A stretch of DNA of 64,000 bases from Deltaproteobacteria bacterium HGW-Deltaproteobacteria-15 (GTDB lineage Bacteria > Desulfobacterota > DSM-4660 > Desulfatiglandales > HGW-15). The notes beneath the pieces are model-generated. The model saw only the letters and a list, made by a program, of their open reading frames with translations. It searched no databases and was not told where the DNA came from. Made by a program: the position numbers and the translations under genes. The stretch is taken from positions 73,159 to 137,158 of the forward strand of contig PHBH01000006.1 of NCBI GenBank assembly GCA_002840535.1. Reading direction: 5' to 3'. Position 1 is the stretch's first letter. Each line of letters opens with the position of its first letter. Shown here piece by piece: positions 20,380 to 29,923 of this stretch.

Positions 20380-20416
20380 GAGTTTACATATGTGAACCGA
20401 GTTTACATTCTGAAGC
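20380..20416. promoter_or_regulatory. Putative IclR operator(s)
   Basis: Imperfect palindrome GTTTACATATGTGAAC (20382-20397) and a second similar box GTTTACATTCTGAAGC (20401-20416), between the promoter and the ATG. Confidence 0.55.
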
Positions 20417-20419
20417 CGA

Positions 20420-20448
20420 ACAGTATCCTGCTTTCACCCCCTTGTCAA
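20420..20448 (-). promoter_or_regulatory. sigma70-type promoter of iclR
   Basis: TTGACA-17 nt-TACTGT on the minus strand. Confidence 0.6.
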
Positions 20449-20474
20449 CAAAAAGAGGGGTGGAGAGTTGGTCT

Positions 20475-21659
20475 TCACTTCTGCACCTTCACCGTTCGGC
20501 CGTAGAGCAGGATATCGGCCCGGACCAGCATCTTCTTCACCCCGGCAGGGGAATGAATCGCCAGGCGACGGATCAGGTTGTGGAACGGATGAAGCGGCTT
20601 GTTCCAAGGGCAGACGCTGATGCATTTCCCCCCACAGGTAATCCATTTCTTCCTGTCCGCCATCCAGAAAAGCAAACAGCGGTCCGCCCGGATGTACCAC
20701 TTCCGATAACCCGGGTTATTGAACATGGATTCAGGGGCATCAGTGGGTTCTCCAAAGGAAACGGCATTTGCAGGGCAATACCGGGCGCAGTTCTCGCAGG
20801 CCATGCAGAATTCATGAGTTCCGAATGAGATGGGTCGGTCCGTTTCCAGGGGAAGATCGGTGGAAACGGCTTTTATCCTCATGTTGGTGCCGAATTCGGG
20901 TGAAAGCACACGGCCGGTGCGTGAAAATTCCCCCACCCCGGCATCGATGGCCATGGGGACGATCAGCATCTCCGGGTTCCAACCCAGCGTCTCCCGGTAA
21001 ACAGCCCTGTACCCCAGACCCTGGATGAAATCGGCCAGCTGGGTGGTGATGAATTTCAGCCTGGAATAGGTATTCCCCACGGCCAGGCCGGACAGGTGAG
21101 AAGGGGCTGTCCTGTTCAAGCCGCGATCGTGAGACACCACCACGAGGACAGCGTATTTTTCAGGCACCTCCCTGTCCGAATACACCCAACGCTGATCCAC
21201 CCGGGTGATCTTCACCATTTCAGCGCCCAGCCACATGGCCACCTTCTTGATGAGCTTGGACATGCCGGCCCTGTCCCTTGTCTCGAAACGGCCTTGTGGA
21301 GGTGTGATCGGGAGAGCACCGGGGTAGTATTCTCTGCACAACCGCCAGGCGGCATTGGCGAGCGCCTGGGCAGGTCGATCGGACGGGTCGAGCTCTTCCT
21401 GTGGCAGCGGCTTGGAAAAGGAATCCACTCCCGTGCGGCGGCGGTACATCTCCCTGAAAGCCTGCCCGAAGGGATTGCCGTCCATCATTGCTGCAAAGGC
21501 ATTCTTCCGGCTGTCAAAGCGCCGGACAGGGCCGAGGATGTACCTCTCATAGGTCGGGGAGTCGACTTCCCTGACCCCGAGGAGCCGCCTCAATCTTTTC
21601 TGTGCCCTGAGCTTTCGTTCAAAGGGCATAAGAGCCTTTTCCAGCTCAGTCGGTCCCAT
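20475..21659 (-). CDS. Reductive dehalogenase (RdhA)-like corrinoid Fe-S protein without Tat signal
   Basis: VDQRWVYS, PMAIDAGVGEFSR.G, TDLPLETD.P, FCMACENCARYCP and C..CGGKCISVCPWNK motifs. Confidence 0.8.
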   Translation of the reverse strand: MGPTELEKALMPFERKLRAQKRLRRLLGVREVDSPTYERYILGPVRRFDSRKNAFAAMMDGNPFGQAFREMYRRRTGVDSFSKPLPQEELDPSDRPAQALANAAWRLCREYYPGALPITPPQGRFETRDRAGMSKLIKKVAMWLGAEMVKITRVDQRWVYSDREVPEKYAVLVVVSHDRGLNRTAPSHLSGLAVGNTYSRLKFITTQLADFIQGLGYRAVYRETLGWNPEMLIVPMAIDAGVGEFSRTGRVLSPEFGTNMRIKAVSTDLPLETDRPISFGTHEFCMACENCARYCPANAVSFGEPTDAPESMFNNPGYRKWYIRADRCLLFWMADRKKWITCGGKCISVCPWNKPLHPFHNLIRRLAIHSPAGVKKMLVRADILLYGRTVKVQK

Positions 21660-21680
21660 GGGGCTCCTTAATCACAGATT

Positions 21681-21768
21681 GCCACGAAGACACGCTTGCG
21701 CGCCGGAGCGCTTCAGCGCGCAGGCACGAAGGCACGAAGAAATCTTTGTGTCTTGGTGTCTTCGTGGC
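21681..21768. repeat. Family A inverted repeat with a nested 30-bp GC-rich hairpin
   Basis: GCCACGAAGACACG[CTTGCGCGCCGGAGCGCTTCAGCGCGCAGG]CACGAAGGCACGAAGA ... TCTTTGTGTCTTGGTGTCTTCGTGGC. Confidence 0.85.
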
Positions 21769-21778
21769 TGAACTGTAT

Positions 21779-22723
21779 CTATTTTCTTCTGGGAGAGAGG
21801 ATTTCGAAACCAAGCTTCTCCTGCAGGCTTCCCATGATGCCCTTTGGTGCCAGCAGAATAACGGCGATGGCGATCGCCCCGAGAATAAGCATGCTGACGG
21901 AAAAGTACTCCGCTAAACTTTGCGAAAGCAGGACGAAGATCAAAGATCCCACGATGGGTCCTTCGATCGTCCCGATGCCGCCGATGATCACGATGAAGAC
22001 CAGTTTGACCGTCCAGTCAATGGCAAAGGCCTTGTAGGGTTGGATGAATACCTGAAAAACGTACAGAATTCCTGCTGTCGCCCCGGTGACAAAGGCGCCG
22101 ATGAGAAAACAGTAGAGTTTCGAGCGGAAGACCTTGACACCCATGGTCTCGGCCACGGCATCGTCATCCCGCATGGCCATCAGGCCCAGTCCCAACCTGG
22201 AGCGGAGAAGCGCATATACCAAAATCACAGAACCTACGCCTATCACGAAAGCGCCGTAGTAGATCTCCTCCATTGTAGGATTGGAGGGCGGTTTGATGAA
22301 AAGACCCGTTCCGTACTTCACATATTTCCAGTTGCCGAACCAGATCAAAAGGGTCTCTGCAAAGATCCAGCTCCCAATGGAAAAATACACCCCCTTCATC
22401 CGGAAAATGAAAAGCGACATGAACAGGGCAAGCAGGCAGGAAAAAGCGCCTCCCAGCAGAACGCTCGGCCAGAGAGGGACCTGATAATAATTGCAGAAAA
22501 TCCCGACCGCATATCCCCCCATTCCGATAAAGGACTGCTGCCCCAGGGATACCAGTCCCGAGTATCCCGCCAGAAGATTCCACATCTGGGATAATGCCAG
22601 ATAGAGGCAGAAAAGGAGGCAAAAGAGCAGGACGTACTCGCTCCCCCAGAAAGGAACCGTTCCCAGCGCAAGGACGATGATCCCCAGCACCGGCCACTTC
22701 AACATTCGCGCCACCTTCTCCAT
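21779..22723 (-). CDS. livM: Branched-chain amino acid type ABC permease
   Basis: Start MEKVARM; WNLLAGYSGLVSLG, AMRDD..A..MGV, GGIGTIEGP motifs. Confidence 0.9.
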   Translation of the reverse strand: MEKVARMLKWPVLGIIVLALGTVPFWGSEYVLLFCLLFCLYLALSQMWNLLAGYSGLVSLGQQSFIGMGGYAVGIFCNYYQVPLWPSVLLGGAFSCLLALFMSLFIFRMKGVYFSIGSWIFAETLLIWFGNWKYVKYGTGLFIKPPSNPTMEEIYYGAFVIGVGSVILVYALLRSRLGLGLMAMRDDDAVAETMGVKVFRSKLYCFLIGAFVTGATAGILYVFQVFIQPYKAFAIDWTVKLVFIVIIGGIGTIEGPIVGSLIFVLLSQSLAEYFSVSMLILGAIAIAVILLAPKGIMGSLQEKLGFEILSPRRK

Positions 22724-22728
22724 TTCCG

Positions 22729-23592
22729 CTATACCCTTCCGAAGATTCCTTGTGGTCTCAAGGCAAGTACGATCAGGAGTACGACATATCCGCAGAACAA
22801 CTGAAATCCGGGACCGAATATCTGTGCGCCCAGAAGCTGCGCGATGGCGAGGATCAGCCCGCCTGCCAGGGTGCCTTTCATGCTCCCCAACCCGCCGATG
22901 ACCACGACCCCGAAGGCAATGATCAGGTACTGCGGGCCTGTGTGGGGATAAAAGGTGAACGTCATGCCCAGGAGCACCCCTGCAAATCCCGCCGTCATCA
23001 TGGCGATGCCCATCGCCTTGGCATAGATGTTTTTCGTGTTGACACCCATCAACCGCGCGGCGACTTCGTCGTCCGATGCGGCCCGAATGGCCCGCCCCAT
23101 GTATGTCTTCTGAAAAAAAAGATACAGGACCGTGATCACCGCAATGCCGGCAGCAAAATCCACGAGGTACATGACCGGGACGCTCACGTAATTGGTCATC
23201 GGGATGGTCTGCACGGCGAGGGTGGTCTTGAGGCTTCTTGCGTCGGGCGTGTAGATCAGGAGCAGGAGGTTCTGCAGGATGATGGAAAGCCCGAAAGCCA
23301 CCAGGAGCGGAGGCTCCATGGCCTTCCCGAGCACCCTGTTCAGGAGAAAACCCTGGATAAAAAAGCCCACGAAATACATGGCCGGCACAACGAGAAACAA
23401 GGTCCACAGAGGATTCACCCCAAACCACGCCATGACCGTGAGAGACAGGAAGCTCGCCAGCATCATGAGATCGCCATGAGCGAGGTTGACCAGCCGGACG
23501 ATGCCGAACATGGTGGACATTCCAATGGCGATGATCGCGTACAATCCGCCGAGCAGAATTCCGTTCAAGATCGGTTGTGCGTAGGATTCCAT
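22729..23592 (-). CDS. livH: Branched-chain amino acid type ABC permease
   Basis: VNLAHGD, GRAIRA..D, GGLGS, RPQGIFG motifs. Confidence 0.92.
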   Translation of the reverse strand: MESYAQPILNGILLGGLYAIIAIGMSTMFGIVRLVNLAHGDLMMLASFLSLTVMAWFGVNPLWTLFLVVPAMYFVGFFIQGFLLNRVLGKAMEPPLLVAFGLSIILQNLLLLIYTPDARSLKTTLAVQTIPMTNYVSVPVMYLVDFAAGIAVITVLYLFFQKTYMGRAIRAASDDEVAARLMGVNTKNIYAKAMGIAMMTAGFAGVLLGMTFTFYPHTGPQYLIIAFGVVVIGGLGSMKGTLAGGLILAIAQLLGAQIFGPGFQLFCGYVVLLIVLALRPQGIFGRV

Positions 23593-23649
23593 GAAAGCCC
23601 CGAAGTGCCAACTAATGGTGTTAATATTTATCAGTTAGCTGCAGGAGAA

Positions 23650-23720
23650 GGGACCAAAGGGACAGAAGGGACATAAATGTAAAGAAACCTTTGGTCCCTT
23701 TGGTCGCTTATGTCTCTTTT
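23650..23720. repeat. Nonamer-period inverted repeat (AAGGGACAN)
   Basis: GGGACCAAAGGGACAGAAGGGACATAA ... TTTGGTCCCTTTGGTCGCTTATGTCTCTTTT. Confidence 0.75.
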
Positions 23721-23752
23721 CTATGGTTGACTGTTAAATACTAACTGCGTCA

Positions 23753-24469
23753 TCATACCCCGAAGTACGCTTTCCTGACCACCTCTTCCGTAAAGGAGGT
23801 CGGCGCCCCCTTCAGCACCACCTTGCCTTCAAGCATGACATAGGTATAGTTCGACGCCTTCAGACTTCGCCGGATGTCCTGCTCAACCAGCATGATCGTC
23901 ATGCCTTCCCGATTGATCAGCTCCAGCCGTTTGTAGATGTCCTTGATAATGAGCGGCGCCAGCCCCAGGGAGATTTCATCGCAGAGAAGAAGTCTGGGTC
24001 CGGACATGAGGGCCCTTCCAATTGCAAGCATCTGCTGCTCACCCCCACTCAGGGTGTTGGCCATTTGATTCCCACGCGCCTTGAGTACGGGGAAAAGCTC
24101 ATGCAGCCTGGCGAGGGTCTCCTCTCGCGTCGACCTGGATTTAGGCAGATAGGAGCCCATGAGAAGGTTCTCATACACGGTAAGACGGGCGAACATGCGC
24201 CTCCCCTCCGGGACGAGCGAAATACCCATGCCGAGGATTTCATAAGCCGGATGCCTGTCGATTGGCCGGCCGGAGAATTCCACACTGCCCCTGCTGGGTC
24301 TTAAAAGCCCTGCGATCGTGTTGAGCAGAGTGGACTTGCCCGATCCATTGGCGCCTATCACCGATATGATTCCACCGGATCTGACCGAAAGAGAGACGTT
24401 CCAAAGAGCCTGAAAATCCTTGTAGTGCACGTCCAGATCTTTCACTTGGAGAATGATCTCGTCAGACAC
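23753..24469 (-). CDS. livF: ABC transporter ATP-binding protein
   Basis: GANGSGKS, VPEGRR, LSGGEQQM, DEISLGLAP motifs. Confidence 0.93.
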   Translation of the reverse strand: MSDEIILQVKDLDVHYKDFQALWNVSLSVRSGGIISVIGANGSGKSTLLNTIAGLLRPSRGSVEFSGRPIDRHPAYEILGMGISLVPEGRRMFARLTVYENLLMGSYLPKSRSTREETLARLHELFPVLKARGNQMANTLSGGEQQMLAIGRALMSGPRLLLCDEISLGLAPLIIKDIYKRLELINREGMTIMLVEQDIRRSLKASNYTYVMLEGKVVLKGAPTSFTEEVVRKAYFGV

Positions 24470-25192
24470 TCAATCCTCCACACCCAAATAGCATTCCAGA
24501 ACCTCAGGGGCGCGCATCACGTCCTTGGGCGCACCGCATTGGAGCCACTGTCCTTCGGATATCACCAGGAGACGGTGGGTCCCTTCCGACATCATCATCA
24601 GGATATGCTCGATCCAGACGATGGTGATCCCCTGCTCCCAGATCTTTTTCACGACTTGAAGGACCTGCTCCGCCTCCTTTTCCGTCAACCCCCCCGCGAT
24701 CTCGTCCAGAAGAATGAGGCTCGGCTGCGTTGCAAGGGCCCTCCCAAGTTCAAGACGTTTGCGGTCAAGCAGGGGCAGACCTCCTGCAAAACTGTCCCTG
24801 GCATGGTGCAGACCGATCAACTCCAGGATATCGAAGCAGATCTTCTTTCCCTGCTTTTCCCGCAGCCCGCCGCCATGGACGGCGCCGACAAGCAGGTTCT
24901 CCAGCACGGTCATATTATCGAAAGGACGGGGTATCTGATAGGTGCGCCCGATCCCCTGCCGGCAGCGGCTCGCCGGTGAATCCCGGGAGATCTCCTTGCC
25001 CTGGAACATGATGGACCCGTTGTCCGGGCTCATTGCGCCTGTGATGAGATTGAATACCGTGGTTTTACCGGCACCGTTCGGCCCCATGATGCCCAGGATC
25101 TCCCCCTTTCGCACCTCGAAGGAGAGCTTGTTCACGGCATAGAGCCTTCCAAATGCCTTGGTCACCTTCTCGACCTTGAGGATGTCGTCCAT
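24470..25192 (-). CDS. livG: ABC transporter ATP-binding protein
   Basis: GPNGAGKTT, GRTYQ, LLDE, YLG C-terminus; likely start MDDILK. Confidence 0.92.
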   Translation of the reverse strand: MDDILKVEKVTKAFGRLYAVNKLSFEVRKGEILGIMGPNGAGKTTVFNLITGAMSPDNGSIMFQGKEISRDSPASRCRQGIGRTYQIPRPFDNMTVLENLLVGAVHGGGLREKQGKKICFDILELIGLHHARDSFAGGLPLLDRKRLELGRALATQPSLILLDEIAGGLTEKEAEQVLQVVKKIWEQGITIVWIEHILMMMSEGTHRLLVISEGQWLQCGAPKDVMRAPEVLECYLGVED

Positions 25193-25290
25193 TCCCTTTG
25201 TGACCTCAAGTTTTGATGATCCTGAAAGAATCGCACGCAACCATTCCGTTCATGCGTCGATACCCATACCACGGAAGGGTTTAATTACAA

Positions 25291-25418
25291 AGGAATAATG
25301 GAATGGTGGAACAGTGGAATATTAGGAACAGCAACCAAAGACATGGAGATGTTGTACCGCGAGATTTGGCTTTTCTTTAAAGCCCATTATTCCACAATTC
25401 CATTATTCCATCATTCCA
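25291..25418. repeat. Octamer-period inverted repeat (GGAATAAT/ATTATTCC)
   Basis: GGAATAATGGAATGGTGGAACAGTGGAATATTAGGAA ... CCATTATTCCACAATTCCATTATTCCATCATTCCA. Confidence 0.8.
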
Positions 25419-25513
25419 AGGGCCCTTTTTATGGCCAAGCCAATTGTCTCTGACCTGGCCCACAGGACCAGGTTTTCCGCGATGCAATAAATTTGAAATC
25501 CGAAGATCCGCAA

Positions 25514-25828
25514 CTACCCCCCCGCGATTGGAGGGAAGAGTGCTATCTCATCCCCGTCCTTCAGCTCAGTATCCAGTTTGCCGGGCAGGGTAAGGTAGTT
25601 GCGTCCATTCACCAGGAGCATGATATGGCCGGCAGGTTGTCGGGCATCCGGTTCGCAGATGGTTTCGATGAATTCTTTCCCAAATCTCTGGGATAAATCG
25701 TCCAATACCTCTCGTATTGTGGCGGCGGCTTTTTCCACCTCTACCAGACTCTTGTTCTCCATCGCCTTCTGCAGGTTGAAATATCCTTTAACGATGATCT
25801 TCACTATACCCCTCTCCTCCATCAGCAC
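25514..25828 (-). CDS. MoaD/ThiS family sulfur carrier
   Basis: LLVNGRN, DGDEIALFPPIAGG with C-terminal GG; start uncertain. Confidence 0.9.
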   Translation of the reverse strand: MLMEERGIVKIIVKGYFNLQKAMENKSLVEVEKAAATIREVLDDLSQRFGKEFIETICEPDARQPAGHIMLLVNGRNYLTLPGKLDTELKDGDEIALFPPIAGG

Positions 25829-25830
25829 GA

Positions 25831-26208
25831 TCAGTCAACCAATGTCAGAGCCCCGCTGAAGCAGCTTTTTACGCACATCGGGTCCGGCGGCTCCCCACAC
25901 ATGTCGCACTTCAGGGGGATGCCGGTGCCCGCCTCGACAAACAGATGTCGCGAGGGGCAGGAGGAAGCCGGGCACAACGAACACCCGTCCATCTCCACGC
26001 CCCCGACAACCTTGACGGTCTTATTCGTGCACTGAGCATCCGTAAAGGGACCCGCGATGAGAGGGATAAATGTTCTATTCTTGGAATCACTTATCACTCG
26101 AATTCTCGATTTCATGGGATTGACGACTTTGAAGTGTTCAAGAGCGCAAACGGCTTCGCAGTAACGGCAGCCGGTGCATTTACTGAAATCGATCTTGATT
26201 CTAGGCAT
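25831..26208 (-). CDS. 4Fe-4S small subunit of a W-oxidoreductase, BamC-like
   Basis: CTGCRYCEAVC, NP.KSRIRV, IAGPFT.AQC, C..CPASSCPSR..F.E..TGIPLKCDMC; pattern recalled from BamC. Confidence 0.75.
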   Translation of the reverse strand: MPRIKIDFSKCTGCRYCEAVCALEHFKVVNPMKSRIRVISDSKNRTFIPLIAGPFTDAQCTNKTVKVVGGVEMDGCSLCPASSCPSRHLFVEAGTGIPLKCDMCGEPPDPMCVKSCFSGALTLVD

Positions 26209-26224
26209 CCTCTTACCCCTTTAT

Positions 26225-26292
26225 GCAGGTTGCTGAAAAACGCCCATCTCCCCGCAAAAGAGGGCGGGATCTTCGAGCGGCGAGCAACCTGC
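26225..26292. mobile_element. Short MITE-like element related to 40351-40553
   Basis: Perfect 10-bp terminal IR GCAGGTTGCT/AGCAACCTGC; left end AGGTTGCTGAAAAACGCCCATCT. Confidence 0.55.
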
Positions 26293-26315
26293 AAACATGG
26301 ACTTTGCAGATACTG

Positions 26316-28151
26316 CTAAATCCCCAATTCCTTTCTTTTCGCCTCGGTCGGCACCCCATTCGCGTCCCAACCACGGAGGCGATAGTATTCCTCCAGCATC
26401 TTTGCCAATTCCACCACGTGTCCTTTTCCAGGTCCCAGGGGCGCCGGTTCCTCCGTCAACCGTTTGGGAAGGGAGTCATCCCTCTTGGTGAATCCGGCCC
26501 GCAAATTGAACAACCGTTCGAGATTCCAAATTCTCTCACCTGTCTTCAGCATGGTTTCGTGGGTAAAATCGATCCCCGTGACCGCATTGAGCATGGAGAC
26601 CATTTCCTCCTGCCATATTCCTCTGAAGGCAAATACGCACATACCGCTCGAATCCACCACAGCTGCGAAATTCTGGAAATCCTTCACAAGCTGGGGTTTC
26701 CCCTCGATGGTCAGCGGGTCGCTCGGTTTGGGAACGCCCATGAGCTCCGACCAGTAGCTCGCGCCCCGCAGGTGGCAGGCGCCCCTGTTGGAAGTGGCCA
26801 TGGCAAGTCCCATGCCTTTCACGCTTCTCGGTTCATACCCGGGAAACTCCTGTTTCTTCACCCCCATGAAAAACTCAGGATGGTCATATCGGGCCGCCAA
26901 CCGGTAGCCCCCTTCGGACAGTACCGCTCCAAACCCTTCCTTCCTGCCGATCATGACCAGCAGCTTGAGCAGCGCTTCGCCGTTTCCGAAATTGAGCTTG
27001 AACCCGATCTCCTCCTCGGGCAGGTAACCCTTTTCAAACAGCTCCATGGCGCAGGCAATGGTGCCGCCTGCCGAGATCGTATCCATTCCGTATTGATCAC
27101 AGATGTAGCTGGCCTTCGCTATGGTCTCAAGATTGTCGATTCCGCAGTTCGAGCCCATCAGGGCAAGGGTTTCGTACTCCGGACCCATGCCTTTCCATAC
27201 CTTCCCTTCCTCTCTCACCTCCGACACCTTGCCGCATCGGATGGGGCAACTGAAACAGCCGTAGTCCCTGAGGACGATTCGCTCTCTCATCACCTGTCCG
27301 CTGATCTTGTCCGCGCCTTCAAAGACCCCCGCCTGGAAATTGCGGGTTGGCAATGTGCCGACCGTGTTGAAATAGCTGACACCTGCCGGTGTCCCCAGGG
27401 TCGGGAAGGTGGTGCCCGTCGTCTTTGCAGACTTTGTCTTTTCCCATATGCCGGGAAGGATCTTCTTGAAGAGCTTCTGGTCATGAAGAGTGACGCTCTT
27501 CGATCCTCTTACCGCCACCGCCTTCAGATTCTTGGATCCCATCACGGCGCCGACACCGGACCGTGCCGCATGTCTTTCATCATCGGTGATGACGGATGAG
27601 ATCCTCACCAGGTTCTCGCCGGCCTGCCCGATGGAGGCCATCCGGAATTCCTTGATCTCCCAATCCGTCTTCCCCAGCTTTGCTTTCAGTTCCTCTTTTA
27701 TGGATGCGACCGTTTCACTGATTCCCTTCCCCCATAAAGCGCGCGCGGAGCGGATCTCCACCCGGTCGTCTTCGATAAGCAGGTAAACAGGTTCCTTCGC
27801 CTTGCCCTCGAAAACGATGAGGTCATAGCCCGCAAATTTCAGTTCCGGGCCGAAGTTGCCGCCCGAATTCGAACAGGCGATTGCGCCGGTGAGATACCCC
27901 TTGGTCACAACCATGTAACGGCAGCTGGTTATCGGTCCGGCCCCGGTCAGGGGACCTGTGGCAAAGATGAGCTTATTTTCCGGACTTATAGGATCCACCC
28001 CGGGATCGACCTCATCGTAAATCATCTTCGTGGCAAGACCTCGGCCGCCTATAAATTTTCTGGCGAGGCCTTCATCCAGGTCCTCCACGGCAACCTTTTC
28101 TTCGGTCAGATTCACCCGCAGGATTTTTCCCATCCAGCCATTCATGTTCAT
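26316..28151 (-). CDS. aor: Tungsten-type aldehyde:ferredoxin oxidoreductase
   Basis: GWMGKILRVNL, GGRGL, SNSGG.FGPELKFAGYD, GAVMGSKNLKA, CFSCPIRC, GPEYET, RGACH motifs. Confidence 0.92.
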   Translation of the reverse strand: MNMNGWMGKILRVNLTEEKVAVEDLDEGLARKFIGGRGLATKMIYDEVDPGVDPISPENKLIFATGPLTGAGPITSCRYMVVTKGYLTGAIACSNSGGNFGPELKFAGYDLIVFEGKAKEPVYLLIEDDRVEIRSARALWGKGISETVASIKEELKAKLGKTDWEIKEFRMASIGQAGENLVRISSVITDDERHAARSGVGAVMGSKNLKAVAVRGSKSVTLHDQKLFKKILPGIWEKTKSAKTTGTTFPTLGTPAGVSYFNTVGTLPTRNFQAGVFEGADKISGQVMRERIVLRDYGCFSCPIRCGKVSEVREEGKVWKGMGPEYETLALMGSNCGIDNLETIAKASYICDQYGMDTISAGGTIACAMELFEKGYLPEEEIGFKLNFGNGEALLKLLVMIGRKEGFGAVLSEGGYRLAARYDHPEFFMGVKKQEFPGYEPRSVKGMGLAMATSNRGACHLRGASYWSELMGVPKPSDPLTIEGKPQLVKDFQNFAAVVDSSGMCVFAFRGIWQEEMVSMLNAVTGIDFTHETMLKTGERIWNLERLFNLRAGFTKRDDSLPKRLTEEPAPLGPGKGHVVELAKMLEEYYRLRGWDANGVPTEAKRKELGI

Positions 28152-29923
28152 TCCCTCTCTCTTTGTATGCCGCATATTCTAAAGCAGCGTTCCGCCTCAC
28201 ACCTGGCCTGTTGATCATCGAAGCCGCGATCGACCTCCTCGAAGGTACTCTTGCGCTCCGTGAGCGAAAGGCGAGGCATGATCTCCCTTTCCCTTTTCTC
28301 GACAGTTTCGGGACTATACCCGATTCCCTTCCATTGAGGTGCTCCATCTTTTCGGGCAACTTCCCCCCTCAGAACCCTGTCTATGGATCTGGCAGCCTTC
28401 TTTCCAAAGGCGATTGCCTCCACCACTGTTCTTGGGCCCGACACGACATCTCCCCCGGAGAATACAAGGGGTGCCTTTGTCAATCCGGTTTGTGGATCGG
28501 CAACAAGAAAACCTCTGTTGGAAATCGTCCTCTCCAGGGGACGAGGCAGGCAACGGAGATCAACCGTCTGCCCCAGGGCTGCGACCACCATATCCGCCTG
28601 GATCGTGAACTCAGACCCTTCGATGCGGACAGGCCTGCGACGGCCCGACTGATCGGGCTCCCCCAGTTCCATGCGAACGCATTCGACCCCGGTGACCTTT
28701 CCGTTTTCCCCCAGAATTCTCACGGGGAGAGTCAGGTACCGGATTTCGATCTCTTCCTCGATCGTGTCCTCGACCTCCCAGGAGTTGGCGGGCATTTCTT
28801 CCCTGGTTCTTCTGTAAAGGATGGCGACGCTCTCATACCCCAGCCGCATGGCTGTCCTGGCGCAGTCCACCGCCGTATTTCCTCCGCCAACGATCACGAG
28901 TCTCCCCCTGGAGGCGGGCGGATTCCCAAGATTGATCTCCCTCAGAAACTCCAGGCCGTCCACGACACCGCTGAATGTCTCTTCGCCGGGGATACCGAGT
29001 TTTATGGCCTGCTGACACCCTATTCCCAGAAACACGGCCTGGTAATCCCTTTGCAGGTCGGCGAACCCTGTGTCCTTTCCGATCTCCACGTTGAGCCTGA
29101 TCTCCACACCCAGTTTCCTGATCACCTCGATCTCGGCATTGAGGATGTTTCTGGGCAACCGAAACTCGGGAATGCCCAGTGCCATCATGCCGCCGGCAAC
29201 AGGGTGTTTCTCAAACACCGTCACCCCATAGCCTTCGATGGCCAGGTAGTAAGCCGCCGTGAGCCCGGCCGGCCCGGCCCCGATCACGGCAACGCGCTCC
29301 TTCTTCGGCGCCTTCTTGTCGGGAATGTACGCTTTTCCTTTGGTGAGCTCCCCATCCGCAAGGAAACGCTTCAGGTACTCAATGGCAACAGGCTTATCCA
29401 CCTTACCCCTGTTGCACTCCTCTTCGCAGGGATGAGGGCAGATCCTTCCGCATATCCCGGGGAAGGGCATCTCTTCCTTGATGAGCTTCAGCCCTTCTTC
29501 GTACCTCCCTTCAGCCACTGCGGAAACAAAGCCGGGAATGCTGATGTGGGCGGGGCAGGTCGCCTTGCATGGCGCCGTTCCCCACTTTTCACGGCCTTCC
29601 CCGGAAGCATATCCCTGTTGAACGGCCATCTCTCGAAGTACGTCCACTACAGCGCTGAACCGCACATTCTGCGGGCAGGCGAACACGCAGGTGTCGCAGT
29701 GCGTGCAGTGCCAGATGGTCGGCGAACCGAGCAGCTGATCCTTCATGCCCATCTTGATCATGTGAAGTATCTTGCGCGGATCGAATCCGGAGCCCGATTC
29801 ACTTGCCGGACATGCGCCGGTACACGTGCCGCAGTCGTAACATCGCTTCACCTGCTCGCCTCCCGGCATGCCGGCGATTTCCGACTTGAACTGCGGATTG
29901 AAATCCTTATCTGTGAGAGTCAT
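28148..29923 (-). CDS. HdrC-like 2[4Fe-4S] domain fused to a GltD/SudA-type FAD/NAD(P)H oxidoreductase
   Basis: CYDCGTCTGACP and CTHCDTCVFACP, then APCKATCP, CGRICPHPCEEEC, GAGPAG, GGGNTA..YRR. Confidence 0.88.
   Translation of the reverse strand: MTLTDKDFNPQFKSEIAGMPGGEQVKRCYDCGTCTGACPASESGSGFDPRKILHMIKMGMKDQLLGSPTIWHCTHCDTCVFACPQNVRFSAVVDVLREMAVQQGYASGEGREKWGTAPCKATCPAHISIPGFVSAVAEGRYEEGLKLIKEEMPFPGICGRICPHPCEEECNRGKVDKPVAIEYLKRFLADGELTKGKAYIPDKKAPKKERVAVIGAGPAGLTAAYYLAIEGYGVTVFEKHPVAGGMMALGIPEFRLPRNILNAEIEVIRKLGVEIRLNVEIGKDTGFADLQRDYQAVFLGIGCQQAIKLGIPGEETFSGVVDGLEFLREINLGNPPASRGRLVIVGGGNTAVDCARTAMRLGYESVAILYRRTREEMPANSWEVEDTIEEEIEIRYLTLPVRILGENGKVTGVECVRMELGEPDQSGRRRPVRIEGSEFTIQADMVVAALGQTVDLRCLPRPLERTISNRGFLVADPQTGLTKAPLVFSGGDVVSGPRTVVEAIAFGKKAARSIDRVLRGEVARKDGAPQWKGIGYSPETVEKREREIMPRLSLTERKSTFEEVDRGFDDQQARCEAERCFRICGIQRERE

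Noticed and set aside
26316-28151. Calling the W-enzyme BamB (class II benzoyl-CoA reductase)
   Set aside because: Motifs match classical AOR, and no BamD or BamGHI genes are present; a phylogeny is needed to be certain
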